A DNA stretch of 64,000 bases, taken from the NCBI GenBank assembly GCA_038043465.1, contig JBBTBX010000002.1:110944-174943 (forward strand), read 5' to 3'. The notes below the pieces were generated by a model. That model saw nothing but the letters and a program-made list of their open reading frames with translations, did no database searches and was not told where the DNA came from. Shown here in pieces: positions 9,988-23,149 of the stretch (position 1 is its first letter; each line of letters starts with the position of its first letter). Both the position numbers and the translations under genes were made by a program. The DNA is from Pseudomonadota bacterium (GTDB lineage Bacteria > Pseudomonadota > Alphaproteobacteria > Rickettsiales > SXRF01).

Positions 9988-10332
9988 ATGTTCAAAATAC
10001 GCCAAAGTGTCCTGTTTATACGTCAATGGCGGGAGCTTTCTAATTATTATAATGAAAATGCGGGCAGGGATGTTTCTATAAAATTCATACATTCGGTTGA
10101 TTCTGCTTTGTTATTTATTCAGAAATCGCCATACTCCTGCGCGGTTTATAATTCTGGAAAGAAATTCAGATACGCAAGCTCTCATCAATTTCGCAAATGG
10201 AATATTATAGGCTTTCCCTATTCAATATTTTTTCATATTTCTGTGGATAATATCATAATTGTTGATGCAATTTATGCGCACAAAATGAACATATCATCAC
10301 GCCTTACCAATAATGCGCAAAAACCAAAGTAA
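9988..10332 (+). CDS. parE: ParE/RelE-family toxin
   Basis: 114 aa. Size, position after the antitoxin, and C-terminal ...YSIFFHISVDNIIIVDAIYAHKMNI fit plasmid-stabilisation ParE toxins. Confidence 0.65.
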   Translation: MFKIRQSVLFIRQWRELSNYYNENAGRDVSIKFIHSVDSALLFIQKSPYSCAVYNSGKKFRYASSHQFRKWNIIGFPYSIFFHISVDNIIIVDAIYAHKMNISSRLTNNAQKPK

Positions 10333-10469
10333 ATCCCTGCATTTTTAGTTGAAAATATTAGTAAAAAAAGCTTTTAAAAACTTCCTGTTCTGCTAGTGTC
10401 CAGAATATAAAAGAATCAAGCTTATCATGTAAGGTAAAAGCAAAGCAATAGAACGTTGAGGAATAAAAT

Positions 10470-13231
<2,762 letters not shown>

Positions 13232-13233
13232 TC

Positions 13234-13321
13234 GTCATCCTGCGAATTGCATAGCAATTGCGCAGGATCTTTATCAATTTTGCGAGATCCTGTGCTGCGC
13301 TTGCGCTTCGCTCAGGATGAC
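13234..13321. repeat. GTCAT-type palindromic (MITE/REP-like) element between convergent gyrB and meaB
   Basis: Terminal inverted repeats GTCATCCTG...CAGGATGAC. Internal hairpin atcctgcgaattgc-ata-gcaattgcgcaggat. The right arm contains the last codons and stop of meaB. Confidence 0.7.
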
Positions 13322-14274
13322 AACAACTCCAACGCCGCTTGCGTTGCTGGTTTTTTTCCAGCTTCTACATCTGTTTCCATTGCCTGTATTTTACCTTCCA
13401 TACCGGGCTGATTCAAAAATCTGCTGATGAGAGTTTCCTTTATTTCTTTCCACATCCATGACACTGCTTGCTGGCTGCGCTTTTTTTCCAGCTCGCCGGA
13501 TTCATGCATGATATTCCTGAATTCTTCGGCTTTTTGCCAGATTTCTAAAATGCCTTGATTGGTAAGGGCGGAGCAGGTGACAACCGGTGGATTCCAGTTA
13601 TTTGATGCTGGATGCAGCATCCGTAGTGCCGCTTTATAATCACCCTGCACGCGCTTTGCCCCAGCCACTAGATCACCATCGGCTTTATTAACAACCACCA
13701 TATCAGCCAGTTCAACTATGCCTTTTTTAATGCCTTGCAATTCATCTCCGCTGGCTGGGAGCAGTAGCAACATAAACATATCAACCATATCGGCAACTTC
13801 GATTTCCGACTGCCCAACCCCTACGGTTTCGACAATAATTACGTCATAGCCAGCCGCTTCACAAAGTAGCATTGCCTCACGCGTGCGCCGCGCCACACCT
13901 CCCAATGAGCCAGAAGTTGGTGATGGGCGGATGAAAGCCGATTCATGCTGGGCAAGGTTCGCCATGCGGGTTTTATCGCCAAGTATTGAGCCACCAGTTT
14001 TGGTGCTGGATGGGTCGATTGCCAGAACCGCGACTTTATGACCTTGTGAAATAAGGTATAGACCGAATGTTTCAATGAAGGTTGATTTGCCCACACCTGG
14101 CACGCCGGTAATGCCTATGCGCAGTGACTTTCCGGTTTTGGGCAATATTTTTGTTATTAATTCCTGAGCTTCCCGCTGGTGGTCTTCACGGGTGGATTCT
14201 ACAAGGGTAATCTCCCTAGCGAGTGTTGCACGGGCAACGGATGTGCTGTCGAGGCTCATGCCGCTACTCCGCAA
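13312..14274 (-). CDS. meaB: methylmalonyl-CoA mutase-associated GTPase MeaB/ArgK family
   Basis: P-loop GITGVPGVGKSTFIE, DVIIVETVGVGQSE and NKAD motif. The track start is TTG at 14274. ATG at 14259 (MSLDSTS...) is the more likely start. Confidence 0.85.
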   Translation of the reverse strand: MRSSGMSLDSTSVARATLAREITLVESTREDHQREAQELITKILPKTGKSLRIGITGVPGVGKSTFIETFGLYLISQGHKVAVLAIDPSSTKTGGSILGDKTRMANLAQHESAFIRPSPTSGSLGGVARRTREAMLLCEAAGYDVIIVETVGVGQSEIEVADMVDMFMLLLLPASGDELQGIKKGIVELADMVVVNKADGDLVAGAKRVQGDYKAALRMLHPASNNWNPPVVTCSALTNQGILEIWQKAEEFRNIMHESGELEKKRSQQAVSWMWKEIKETLISRFLNQPGMEGKIQAMETDVEAGKKPATQAALELLSS

Positions 14275-14554
14275 CTTGCGCCTTCAGCTTTTCCGGATCT
14301 GTCTGATACATTTCCGCAACTTTGATGGTTATTTCATCCGGCGGAGATTTACCAACTCCGGAAACTATGATTTCACCATATGTCTCAAATTGATAGAGGT
14401 TCAGAGTACCATTTTTCTGGGCGGTGATGAATGGTTGATACTGACTTGGCTTAACCGCAACAAACACCCAGAATGGGTTGCCATCTTCAAGCAAACCATA
14501 CACCAGAATTATGGTGCGCATTAAATCTGAATTATTGGTAGGTTTATCGGTCAT
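14264..14554 (-). CDS. hypothetical protein
   Basis: 96 aa, no recognisable motif. Sits directly upstream of meaB on the same strand. Confidence 0.45.
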   Translation of the reverse strand: MTDKPTNNSDLMRTIILVYGLLEDGNPFWVFVAVKPSQYQPFITAQKNGTLNLYQFETYGEIIVSGVGKSPPDEITIKVAEMYQTDPEKLKAQVAE

Positions 14555-14580
14555 TCAGTCTTTTTAATCTGTTTAATCTG

Positions 14581-17274
14581 TTACGCGGATTTTAGCAAAT
14601 TCTTAATAGTATATTGTAAAATACCACCATTTTTATAGTATTCCAGCTCATCCAAAGTGTCAATGCGACAGAGAAGAGGTACAGTTTCGCTACTACCATC
14701 CTTGCGTTTTATTAACATTTTAACCTGCATACGTGGCTTAATTCCTGCTTTCAAGCCAACTATGCTGATATTCTCATCGCCGGTCAGATTCAGACTTTTG
14801 CGTGTGGTATCGCCTTCAAAAGTAAGTGGTAAGATGCCCATTCCCACCAGATTGCTGCGGTGGATACGTTCAAAGCTTTCCGCAACAACGGCTTCTATAC
14901 CCAACAATTTAGTGCCTTTTGCTGCCCAATCACGCGATGAGCCGGTGCCATATTCCTTACCGGCAATAACTACCAGAGAGGTTTTGTCAGCTTTATATTT
15001 CATGGCGGCATCATAAATACTCATCTTTTCGCCGTTTGTCCCGATGTCGGCAGCGGGCGCATAATATAAAGTATTGCCACCTTCTTCGCCACCGAGCATT
15101 TCGTTTTTAATGCGGATATTAGCGAATGTTCCGCGCATCATTACGTCATGCCCACCACGTCTTGCTCCATAAGAGTTGAAGTCGGCAGCAGCAACTCCTT
15201 TTCCTGAGAGATATTTAGCTGCTGGCGAAGTTTTTGAGATATTGCCGGCAGGTGAAATATGGTCAGTAGTGATTGAATCACCGAACAATGCAAGAATTCT
15301 TGCGTTCTCTATGTCATGGGTCGCGTCTGTTGCATCAGCTTTCAAATCAACAAAATAAGGTGGATTTTGTATATAAGTGCTGTTTGCATCCCAATTATAA
15401 GTTTTGCCTTTACCAACTGGAATTGCCTGCCACGATGGCTCGCCCGCAAATACATCGGCATATTTTTTACGGTACATTTCAGCCGTTACACATTTCATGA
15501 CGGTATCTGCAACTTCCTTATTGCTCGGCCAGATATCTTTCAGATAAACCGGCTTGCCGTCACTACCAATTCCTATTGCTTCTTTGGTTATATCTATATT
15601 CATGCTGCCAGCCAATGCGTAAGCAACGACCAGCGGAGGAGAGGCAAGATAATTGGCTTTCACCAACTGGTGAACACGTCCTTCAAAGTTACGGTTACCA
15701 GAAAGAACAGAAGCAACCACAAGACCTTTATCTTTGATTTCAGCTTCTATTTCTTCCCGCAGAGGGCCTGAATTACCTATACAAGTAGTACATCCATATC
15801 CAACCAGATTGAAACCTATTGTATCAAGTGCTTTATTAAGCCCTGACTGCTCCAGATATTCAGTAACAACCTTAGAGCCTGGCGCGAGCGAGGTTTTGAC
15901 CCATGATTTAGGTTTAATTCCTTTGGCAACAGCATTACGGGCAACTAAACCGGCAGCAATCATGACATAAGGATTGCTGGTGTTGGTGCAGCTGGTGATA
16001 GCAGCTATAACCACGCTTCCATGTTCTAGGCGTTCGGTGCTAAGTGCAGAATTTGGAGTTTTATTATCTTTGTTGAGTTCTGGTAGAGATTCCAGAAATG
16101 AGCTGCTTGCTTTAGAAAGTAAAACTTTGTCTTGCGGGCGTTTCGGTCCGGCAAGGCACGGTTCAACACTTCCCATATCTAACTCTAAAACATCTGTAAA
16201 AATTGGATCGGCATAGGTAGCATCACGCCACATTCCCTGTGCTTTTGCATAAGCTTCAACCAATGCCACACGCTGTGGTTCACGGCTGGTGAGTTTCAGA
16301 TAGTTGATGGTTTCGGCATCAATCGGGAATATACCGCAAGTCGCACCATATTCCGGTGCCATATTGGCAATAGTCGCACGATCGGCAAGTGGCAGATTGT
16401 CCAGACCAGAACCAAAAAATTCAACGAATTTACCAACTACACCTTTTTTACGTAGCATCTGTGTAACTGTGAGTACAAGGTCAGTTGCGGTTGTGCCTTC
16501 TTTTAATTTTCCGGTTAGTTTAAAACCGACAACTTCAGGAATAAGCATTGAAACTGGTTGCCCAAGCATCGCTGCTTCCGCTTCAATACCACCAACACCC
16601 CAGCCAAGCACACCAAGACCGTTTATCATAACCGTGTGGCTGTCTGTACCAACCAGAGTATCAGGATAGGCAACATTCTCATCAACCCAAACAGTCTGCG
16701 CCAGATATTCTAAATTTACCTGATGGCAGATACCGGTACCAGGAGGAACAACGCGGAAATTATTGAAAGCATTTTGTCCCCAGCGCAGGAACTCATAACG
16801 CTCTTTATTGCGCTCCATTTCCAGATCCACATTCTTGGAATAGGCATTCGCATCACCATAATTATCCACCATAACTGAATGGTCAATAACCAGATCCACA
16901 GGCGAAAGCGGGTTAATTTTTTCGGCATTGCCACCTAGTTTCTGCATGGCATCACGCATCGCCGCTAAATCCACTACTGCTGGAACACCGGTAAAATCCT
17001 GCATAAGCACGCGGGCAGGGCGGAACGCTATCTCGCGGTCTGATGTTTTATTTTTAGTCCAATCGCCAAAAGCACGAATATCATCAGCACTGACGCTTAC
17101 ATCATCTTCATAACGCAATAAATTTTCCAGCAGCACCTTCAGGCTATAAGGAAGGCGGGAAACATCACCACCTAAAATCTTATAAGCAGCCGGCAAGCTA
17201 TAATATTCATACTGCTTGCCATCAACATTGAGTGATGATTTTGCGCCAAACGAATTCTTGCTCTTGTGTTTCAC
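14581..17274 (-). CDS. acnA: aconitate hydratase A
   Basis: About 897 aa. Fe-S ligand regions [10 protein letters not shown] and [13 protein letters not shown]-terminal swivel domain. The track start (GTG 17301) is trimmed to GTG 17274, which is preceded by AAGGAG (17286-17281). Confidence 0.96.
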   Translation of the reverse strand: MKHKSKNSFGAKSSLNVDGKQYEYYSLPAAYKILGGDVSRLPYSLKVLLENLLRYEDDVSVSADDIRAFGDWTKNKTSDREIAFRPARVLMQDFTGVPAVVDLAAMRDAMQKLGGNAEKINPLSPVDLVIDHSVMVDNYGDANAYSKNVDLEMERNKERYEFLRWGQNAFNNFRVVPPGTGICHQVNLEYLAQTVWVDENVAYPDTLVGTDSHTVMINGLGVLGWGVGGIEAEAAMLGQPVSMLIPEVVGFKLTGKLKEGTTATDLVLTVTQMLRKKGVVGKFVEFFGSGLDNLPLADRATIANMAPEYGATCGIFPIDAETINYLKLTSREPQRVALVEAYAKAQGMWRDATYADPIFTDVLELDMGSVEPCLAGPKRPQDKVLLSKASSSFLESLPELNKDNKTPNSALSTERLEHGSVVIAAITSCTNTSNPYVMIAAGLVARNAVAKGIKPKSWVKTSLAPGSKVVTEYLEQSGLNKALDTIGFNLVGYGCTTCIGNSGPLREEIEAEIKDKGLVVASVLSGNRNFEGRVHQLVKANYLASPPLVVAYALAGSMNIDITKEAIGIGSDGKPVYLKDIWPSNKEVADTVMKCVTAEMYRKKYADVFAGEPSWQAIPVGKGKTYNWDANSTYIQNPPYFVDLKADATDATHDIENARILALFGDSITTDHISPAGNISKTSPAAKYLSGKGVAAADFNSYGARRGGHDVMMRGTFANIRIKNEMLGGEEGGNTLYYAPAADIGTNGEKMSIYDAAMKYKADKTSLVVIAGKEYGTGSSRDWAAKGTKLLGIEAVVAESFERIHRSNLVGMGILPLTFEGDTTRKSLNLTGDENISIVGLKAGIKPRMQVKMLIKRKDGSSETVPLLCRIDTLDELEYYKNGGILQYTIKNLLKSA

Positions 17275-17393
17275 ATTATTCTCCTTATTAAATACATACA
17301 CATGTTCATGTATAATATATAGCTGGTTGGTTTGCTACGACATTATAGCATTAATGAAAAGTATTAAATCTTCGTTAGTAGGTGGATAAAATA

Positions 17394-18026
17394 ATGTTAA
17401 TTTGTGAAAATTTACGCTGTATTCGTGGAGATCGTATCATTTTTGAGCATCTGGGTTTTTGCCTGCAGGAAGGCAGCCTGCTTTTGCTTAAGGGAGCGAA
17501 CGGTGTTGGAAAAACGACATTATTAAAAATTCTTTCCGGCCTATTACCAGCGGATGGTGGTGATATATTGTGGGACAATGTTCCGCTTAAAGACAATAAT
17601 TATTTCAAAAACGATTTGATGATGATCGGTCATAAGAGTGGCGTAAAAGGGGATGCCACAGTTTATGAGAATCTGGAATTCTGGGCAAAACTATATGATA
17701 CAGAAGTATTGATACAGGCAGCGCTATCATTTTACAATCTCCAGCGTTTTGCTGATGTTCCGGCTGCACAGCTATCGGCTGGTTGGCAACGGCGTATAGC
17801 CTTGGCACGGCTGATTGTTTCACCGTGCAAGCTCTGGCTGCTCGATGAACCGACTAATTTTCTGGATGAAGATGCCGTCACCCTTACGGCAAATCTTATC
17901 GAGTCGCGTGTAAAACAGGGTGGGATTGTGGTGGTTGCCTCGCATATTATGAATTCGGCTATTGCCACTCACACGTTATGGCTTGATGATTTCAGGGCAG
18001 AGAATAAAAGAGCGGGAGAAGGCTGA
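17394..18026 (+). CDS. ccmA: heme exporter ATP-binding protein CcmA
   Basis: Walker A GANGVGKTTLLK, signature LSAGWQRR and Walker B LWLLDEP. ATG at 17394 is preferred over the track GTG at 17382. Confidence 0.85.
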   Translation: MLICENLRCIRGDRIIFEHLGFCLQEGSLLLLKGANGVGKTTLLKILSGLLPADGGDILWDNVPLKDNNYFKNDLMMIGHKSGVKGDATVYENLEFWAKLYDTEVLIQAALSFYNLQRFADVPAAQLSAGWQRRIALARLIVSPCKLWLLDEPTNFLDEDAVTLTANLIESRVKQGGIVVVASHIMNSAIATHTLWLDDFRAENKRAGEG

Positions 18027-18673
18027 TGAGAATCTTTTTCCTTATCCTTAGCCAGGTTATCAGCCTTTCTTTTCGCAAGGGAGGAGGGGCGTTTGGTGCA
18101 TGTGCATTCTATGTGATTGTGGTGACGCTTTTTACTTTTGCCATAGGGCCCGAAGCAATGACCAAATATGCTGCCGCTATTATGTGTGTAAGCACATTGC
18201 TTGCGATTATAACTACTTTGCCATTGTTGTTTGAACGTGACCATGAAGATGGAACTCTGGAGCAACTACTGTTGCAGCCGGTGTTATTGGAATTATTAGT
18301 ATTTGCCAAAATATGTGGGCAGTGGTGTTCGCATATTATTCCTATTCTGCTAGTATCACCCTTGTTGGCAATAATGGCAGGTTTCTCATTAGAACAGGCA
18401 ATATATGCAATATTAATATTATTGCTGGCATCGCCGACAATGGTTGCGCTGGGAGCGATAGGAGCCGCCCTTACCATCGGCAGTAAACGTGGTGGTTTAT
18501 TGCAGGCATTGGTGGTTATGCCACTTTATATCCCGGTGCTGATTTTTGCAGCAGCAAGTGGGCAAGACGCAGGAGGGCAGGGCGGAATATTGTTCCTGAC
18601 AGGTATGGCTTGCGTCATTTTACCTCTTTCTTGTTACGTATGCTCGGCTTTGATTAGGATAAATGCAGATTGA
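18026..18673 (+). CDS. ccmB: heme exporter membrane protein CcmB
   Basis: 215 aa polytopic membrane protein. The start overlaps the ccmA stop. ...FERDHEDGTLEQLLL... is typical of CcmB. Confidence 0.85.
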   Translation: MRIFFLILSQVISLSFRKGGGAFGACAFYVIVVTLFTFAIGPEAMTKYAAAIMCVSTLLAIITTLPLLFERDHEDGTLEQLLLQPVLLELLVFAKICGQWCSHIIPILLVSPLLAIMAGFSLEQAIYAILILLLASPTMVALGAIGAALTIGSKRGGLLQALVVMPLYIPVLIFAAASGQDAGGQGGILFLTGMACVILPLSCYVCSALIRINAD

Positions 18674-18686
18674 TTAATTTGAATCC

Positions 18687-18835
18687 TTTCCCCTCCCTCC
18701 TTGCGGGGGAGGGTTAGGGTGGGGGGTGCTACGTAAGTCGTAGTTCGTAATTCGTATACCCCTCACCAAGTTTTTGTAACCCACGCATTAAGTATGCGCG
18801 GTAACAAAAACTATCCTCTCCCGCAGGAGGAGAGG
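18687..18835. repeat. composite GC-rich hairpin repeat, copy 1
   Basis: cccctccctccttgcgggggagggttagggtgggg ... atacccctcaccaag ... cctctcccgcaggaggagagg. Matches the reverse complement of 24208-24326. Confidence 0.7.
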
Positions 18836-18848
18836 ATGAACAAGAAGT

Positions 18849-20078
18849 TTACTCAACATCTAAAAATGTAAAGCGGTCACGGGTGAAGCGGGCAGTATCA
18901 CAAGCTACTTGATAATCTTTATCATACCAGCCTAATTGTTCCGGTATAGCTAGTAATTCCGCCTTCTTTATGATATTTTCTATCTTTCCTGCCGGTAAAA
19001 TTATTTCCTGTATTTTGTCGCTAATCTCTTCCCATTTTGTTTTGTTTATACTTTCTATTTGCAGGGACAAAATTGATTTCTGTTTTTTACCAAATTCAGT
19101 TTCAAATTCCGTTATTAACTCATCGGCAAAAAATTCTGCTAAATAGTTTTTATCAAAAATTCCGCTACATAATTTAGGCAGAGAATTGAGTAAATTTTCC
19201 TGCCGCTTTGCCATAAATAAACTGGTGACGGCTATTTCTTCACCGTGCAATGGCTTCATTTTATTATTAGCTTTTCCCAGCATATTATAAGTATGGGCAA
19301 TCATATGTTCACCCTGGCTTGCCGGATAACTGCCACCGGATATAGTCATTCCTATTCCCGAAAGCAGCAGTAATTCCACCAGTTTCCTGACCATATGCGG
19401 ATCATTTTTAGCAATGCCTGCCGCGCTATCAAATAATTCTGCCTCAGTATCAGTGAGCAGTTTAAATGGCGTTTCATCATAAGAACTCCCTAACAACAAA
19501 TGTGAAAGTAACCAGTCTGCCTGCGCTGTTGGTCTTGCCAGTGAATCTCCAAGCCCGCTCTTGGCAAGGAGCAGTGGCGCACTTGAAATTACAGAAAAAT
19601 CACAAAGCACTGCTTCTGGTAATTTCCCTTTTTTAGTGGTTTTATGCCCGTGAATGGTTATTGAGGCATTGACTGAAAGATAGCCATTCATTGAAGCCGC
19701 CGTAGGAAACACAATATAAGGCTTGCCCGTAAGATAGGCTGTATATTTGCACAAATCGTTGATTGTGCCACTGCCCACGGCAATCAGAGCGTCACAGGAT
19801 AATATTTCGCCTTTGATGTAATTTATAGTGTTTTCATCGGCTTCAACTCCGTTTGCCAGTATCAGGTTTTTACAATTAAAACGTCCTTTGAGTGCCTCAT
19901 ATATTTGTTTGCCAAAAGCAAAATTTGTGTTTACATCACTAACTATGGCAAGGGATTGGACAGGCAGAAACATTGCTGCCAGCTCGTCAATATCATGGCG
20001 CAACGAATTTTCGCCGATGATAGGCGGCAACTCCGGGATTATAACACTTAATTGTTCGCGGGTTTTGTTATCAAACAT
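18849..20078 (-). CDS. glycerol-1-phosphate dehydrogenase-like protein (AraM/EgsA branch of the iron-containing alcohol dehydrogenase superfamily)
   Basis: 409 aa. AVGSGTINDLCKY (dinucleotide site), FPTAASMNGYLSVNASI, VLCDFSVISSAP, GLGDSLARPTAQADWLLSH, GEHMIAH and HGEEIAV (metal ligand positions). Confidence 0.6.
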   Translation of the reverse strand: MFDNKTREQLSVIIPELPPIIGENSLRHDIDELAAMFLPVQSLAIVSDVNTNFAFGKQIYEALKGRFNCKNLILANGVEADENTINYIKGEILSCDALIAVGSGTINDLCKYTAYLTGKPYIVFPTAASMNGYLSVNASITIHGHKTTKKGKLPEAVLCDFSVISSAPLLLAKSGLGDSLARPTAQADWLLSHLLLGSSYDETPFKLLTDTEAELFDSAAGIAKNDPHMVRKLVELLLLSGIGMTISGGSYPASQGEHMIAHTYNMLGKANNKMKPLHGEEIAVTSLFMAKRQENLLNSLPKLCSGIFDKNYLAEFFADELITEFETEFGKKQKSILSLQIESINKTKWEEISDKIQEIILPAGKIENIIKKAELLAIPEQLGWYDKDYQVACDTARFTRDRFTFLDVE

Positions 20079-20172
20079 AAATATCTTGTATAGTGCCTGT
20101 GGCGTATTTATAGTCCATTATTGAAATTTGTTATACCACTTATTTAACTATAAGATATACAAGGATAATTAT

Positions 20173-20592
20173 ATGAATAAATTGAACCCCATAATAGCTT
20201 TTCTTGTAATCTCCGTTATTTCATCTGCTTCCGTGGCTGGCGATAAATACAAACCGCTACGGGAAATTTCCCCTTATGCAACAATATCAACTATTCCTAC
20301 AATTGCTTCTACTACCAATGAAACCGGTGATCCCATAGTGTTACCGGAGGATGTTATAGATAAGGCAATAAAAACACCTGCTAAGGATAAAGACGTAGAA
20401 TTACAAAAGATTCCAACTGTGCAGGAAGAACAATTGGCGCGGGAGATTGATAATATTTTTGCAGATAAAAAGGTGGAAGTTAAAAAACCTTCTACTCATA
20501 AAGAGAGGGAACGTGCGAAAAAGCTCAAAAAACGCCAGACTCAAGTTAAAACTGTGAGAGATAACGTATATGTTATCCCTGAAAAGCAATAG
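20173..20592 (+). CDS. hypothetical secreted protein with Lys-rich C-terminus
   Basis: ATG at 20173 is preceded by AAGGA. Signal peptide MNKLNPIIAFLVISVISSASVAG. The track start TTG 20128 is probably an over-extension. Confidence 0.5.
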   Translation: MNKLNPIIAFLVISVISSASVAGDKYKPLREISPYATISTIPTIASTTNETGDPIVLPEDVIDKAIKTPAKDKDVELQKIPTVQEEQLAREIDNIFADKKVEVKKPSTHKERERAKKLKKRQTQVKTVRDNVYVIPEKQ

Positions 20593-20597
20593 TTCCT

Positions 20598-21422
20598 ATG
20601 AGAATTGCTTTTCTTGTAATATTATGTTTCTTCCAGCAGGGTCTGCTAACCGGTTGCTCTCCTTCTGCTAATGCTGAAGGAAATATCCCGAAAAATGCTA
20701 AATCATTTTCCGAATGGGTATCCGAGTTTCGTACGGAAGCCAGCTCTCAAGGCATATCCGAACAGACGCTTAATTCCGCATTGTCTGATATAAAACCCAT
20801 TAATTCAGTAATAACTCTGGATCGCAAGCAGCCGGAAAATAAAATTACGCTGGAAGAATATATTGCAAAAACAGTTGCAGATTCACGAATTAAGAATGGA
20901 AAATATGAACTATCTGCCAATAAAGAATTGTTGGATAATATTTCCAAAAAATATTCTGTTCCATCAAATGTAATTGTTGCTTTATGGGGCATGGAAACCA
21001 GCTATGGTGAGAATGTTGGAAGCTTCAGTATAATCCGCGCCCTTGCCACTCTTGCTTATGATGGGCGTCGCAGCGCATTTTTTAGAGGTGAGCTTATTAA
21101 TGCCCTAAAAATTATGGATGCTGAGAAAATATCTGTTGAGGATTTCCAAGGTTCATGGGCTGGGGCTTTTGGTCAGTGTCAATTTATGCCTAGCAGTTTC
21201 CTGAAATATGCGGTAGATTCCGATGGCGATGGTAAGCGCGATATATGGTACACGGAGGCGGATATATTTGCCTCGATTGCTAACTATCTGCAATCTGAGG
21301 GTTGGAAAGATGGCGAAGGGATAGAAGAAGGTAACAATAATTTTAAAGTCTTACTTAAATGGAATCGTTCACGTTATTTTGCAACAGCTGTAGGTAAGAT
21401 AGCTGCAGCTTTTGAGGAGTAG
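20598..21422 (+). CDS. mltB: lytic murein transglycosylase (MltB-like) lipoprotein
   Basis: Lipobox LLTGC, WGMETSYG motif, GAFGQCQFMPSSF and DGDGKRDIW. Confidence 0.8.
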   Translation: MRIAFLVILCFFQQGLLTGCSPSANAEGNIPKNAKSFSEWVSEFRTEASSQGISEQTLNSALSDIKPINSVITLDRKQPENKITLEEYIAKTVADSRIKNGKYELSANKELLDNISKKYSVPSNVIVALWGMETSYGENVGSFSIIRALATLAYDGRRSAFFRGELINALKIMDAEKISVEDFQGSWAGAFGQCQFMPSSFLKYAVDSDGDGKRDIWYTEADIFASIANYLQSEGWKDGEGIEEGNNNFKVLLKWNRSRYFATAVGKIAAAFEE

Positions 21423-21424
21423 AT

Positions 21425-22507
21425 ATGTTGTTATGTAACTTTAAAAATATTCAAACCTTAGCGGTGTTTTCCACTCTGATTTTAATTTCTGCCTGCAGCG
21501 AATCAACGCCACCTTTTTCCTCTCAGAAAATCGGCAAGCCATATACAATAAATGGCAAAACCTATCGTCCGGCTCCGGATAATACATATGATAAAATTGG
21601 TGATGCCTCATGGTATGGCCCGGGATTTCATGGTAAGCGTACAGCTAATGGTGAAATTTTTGATCAGGATGATTTAACAGCGGCGCACCCGACTCTTCCC
21701 ATGCCTTCTTTAGTGAAAGTAACGAATCCGGCTAATAATAAAAGCTTGGTTGTGCGTGTTAATGACCGCGGCCCTTTCCATAAAAACCGTATAATTGATT
21801 TATCAAAAAAATCAGCGCAGATGATTGATATATTGAGCGTTAAGCCGGTAAGAGTACAATTTTTAGCGCAGGAAACAGAAGAATATATTGCCTCAATTAA
21901 AGGCAAATCGCCACGAATTGATATGGTTGAGTATAATGAAAATTATAATAAAAAGATTCTTGCCGGAGAAGACAGTAACATTATCAAGTATGAGAATAAT
22001 GAAATACAGGATTATGCACCGGTTCAATCAGTAAGCAGCAATGACCTTGAAGAACCTGAGAGGCCAGCGGGCAGAGGTGGCAACCTGTTAATAAGTGAGG
22101 CAATGGCAGATGAGAATAACCCTGCTGCTCAGGAGGAGCTTTACAAGCAGGCTATAGGAGAATCATTCAGAGGTAAAAAACAAGTGCAAAAGCCTGTGTC
22201 TGAAGTTTATCTTGCTGGTAAACCTGTTGAAAGCGCACCTCCTGCATCAAATGTAGAATCAGGAGAGAAATATATTATATTGGCTGGTTCTTACTCATCA
22301 AAGGAAAATGCCCAGAAGCTGGCAAAATCTGTTGATTCTATTGATGGTACAAAAGGATTTGCTAAAGTTGATAGCGTTGAAGTTTTTGGAAAAAAATGGT
22401 GGCGGGTGAATGTTGGGCCGTTTTCAAATATGGATAAGGCAGAAAATGCGCTGGGATTAGTACGTGAAAAAGGCGTTCATGATGCGCGTATCAGTCGCCA
22501 GAAATAA
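21425..22507 (+). CDS. rlpA: septal-ring lytic transglycosylase RlpA (DPBB + SPOR domains)
   Basis: Lipobox LISAC. DPBB core ASWYGPGFHGKRTANGEIFDQDDLTAAHPTLPMPSLVKVTN...VVRVNDRGPF. C-terminal SPOR-like YIILAGSYSSKENAQKLA...WWRVNVGPF. Confidence 0.85.
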   Translation: MLLCNFKNIQTLAVFSTLILISACSESTPPFSSQKIGKPYTINGKTYRPAPDNTYDKIGDASWYGPGFHGKRTANGEIFDQDDLTAAHPTLPMPSLVKVTNPANNKSLVVRVNDRGPFHKNRIIDLSKKSAQMIDILSVKPVRVQFLAQETEEYIASIKGKSPRIDMVEYNENYNKKILAGEDSNIIKYENNEIQDYAPVQSVSSNDLEEPERPAGRGGNLLISEAMADENNPAAQEELYKQAIGESFRGKKQVQKPVSEVYLAGKPVESAPPASNVESGEKYIILAGSYSSKENAQKLAKSVDSIDGTKGFAKVDSVEVFGKKWWRVNVGPFSNMDKAENALGLVREKGVHDARISRQK

Positions 22508-22516
22508 TAATTACCA

Positions 22517-23149
22517 ATGAGCGGAAAGTTTATCAGTTTTGAAGGAGGTGAGGGGAGTGGCAAATCAACCCAGCTTCGTTTACTTGCATCCGCTTTTGAA
22601 AAAGCTGGTCTGCTGTTTTTAGCAACGCGTGAGCCGGGCGGTTCCGCTGGCGCGGAAAGAATTCGTTCATTATTGGTTTCTGGTGAAGTTAATTCTTGGG
22701 ATTCACTTACTGAAACATTATTATTTAATGCCGCCCGATCCGACCATATAAATAAATTTATCAAGCCAGCTATGATGCATGGAAAAACTGTAATCTGCGA
22801 CCGTTTTCTGGATTCAACTATGGTTTATCAGGGAATAGGGAAGGGGCTAGGAACGGCCTATATCAAAAGCCTGCACCATATGCTGTTTGGTGGTTTTATG
22901 CCTAATTTAACCATCATACTGGATATTGCTCCAGAAGAAGGGCTGAAGAGGGCAGGGACGCGCTCTGACAATGAAAACCGCTTTGAAAAATTAGGCATTG
23001 AGTTTCATAAAAAAATCCGCGCTGGTTTTTTAGAAATAGCAGAAATGGAAACTGAGCGTTGCGTAGTTCTTGATGCTAATCAGGATGCGGAAAAGTTGCA
23101 TAAGCAGATAGTGGAAACCATTAAAACTCGCTGTGGGATAGAGTTGTGA
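22517..23149 (+). CDS. tmk: thymidylate kinase
   Basis: FISFEGGEGSGKSTQ P-loop, TREPGG and DRF motif. Confidence 0.93.
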   Translation: MSGKFISFEGGEGSGKSTQLRLLASAFEKAGLLFLATREPGGSAGAERIRSLLVSGEVNSWDSLTETLLFNAARSDHINKFIKPAMMHGKTVICDRFLDSTMVYQGIGKGLGTAYIKSLHHMLFGGFMPNLTIILDIAPEEGLKRAGTRSDNENRFEKLGIEFHKKIRAGFLEIAEMETERCVVLDANQDAEKLHKQIVETIKTRCGIEL

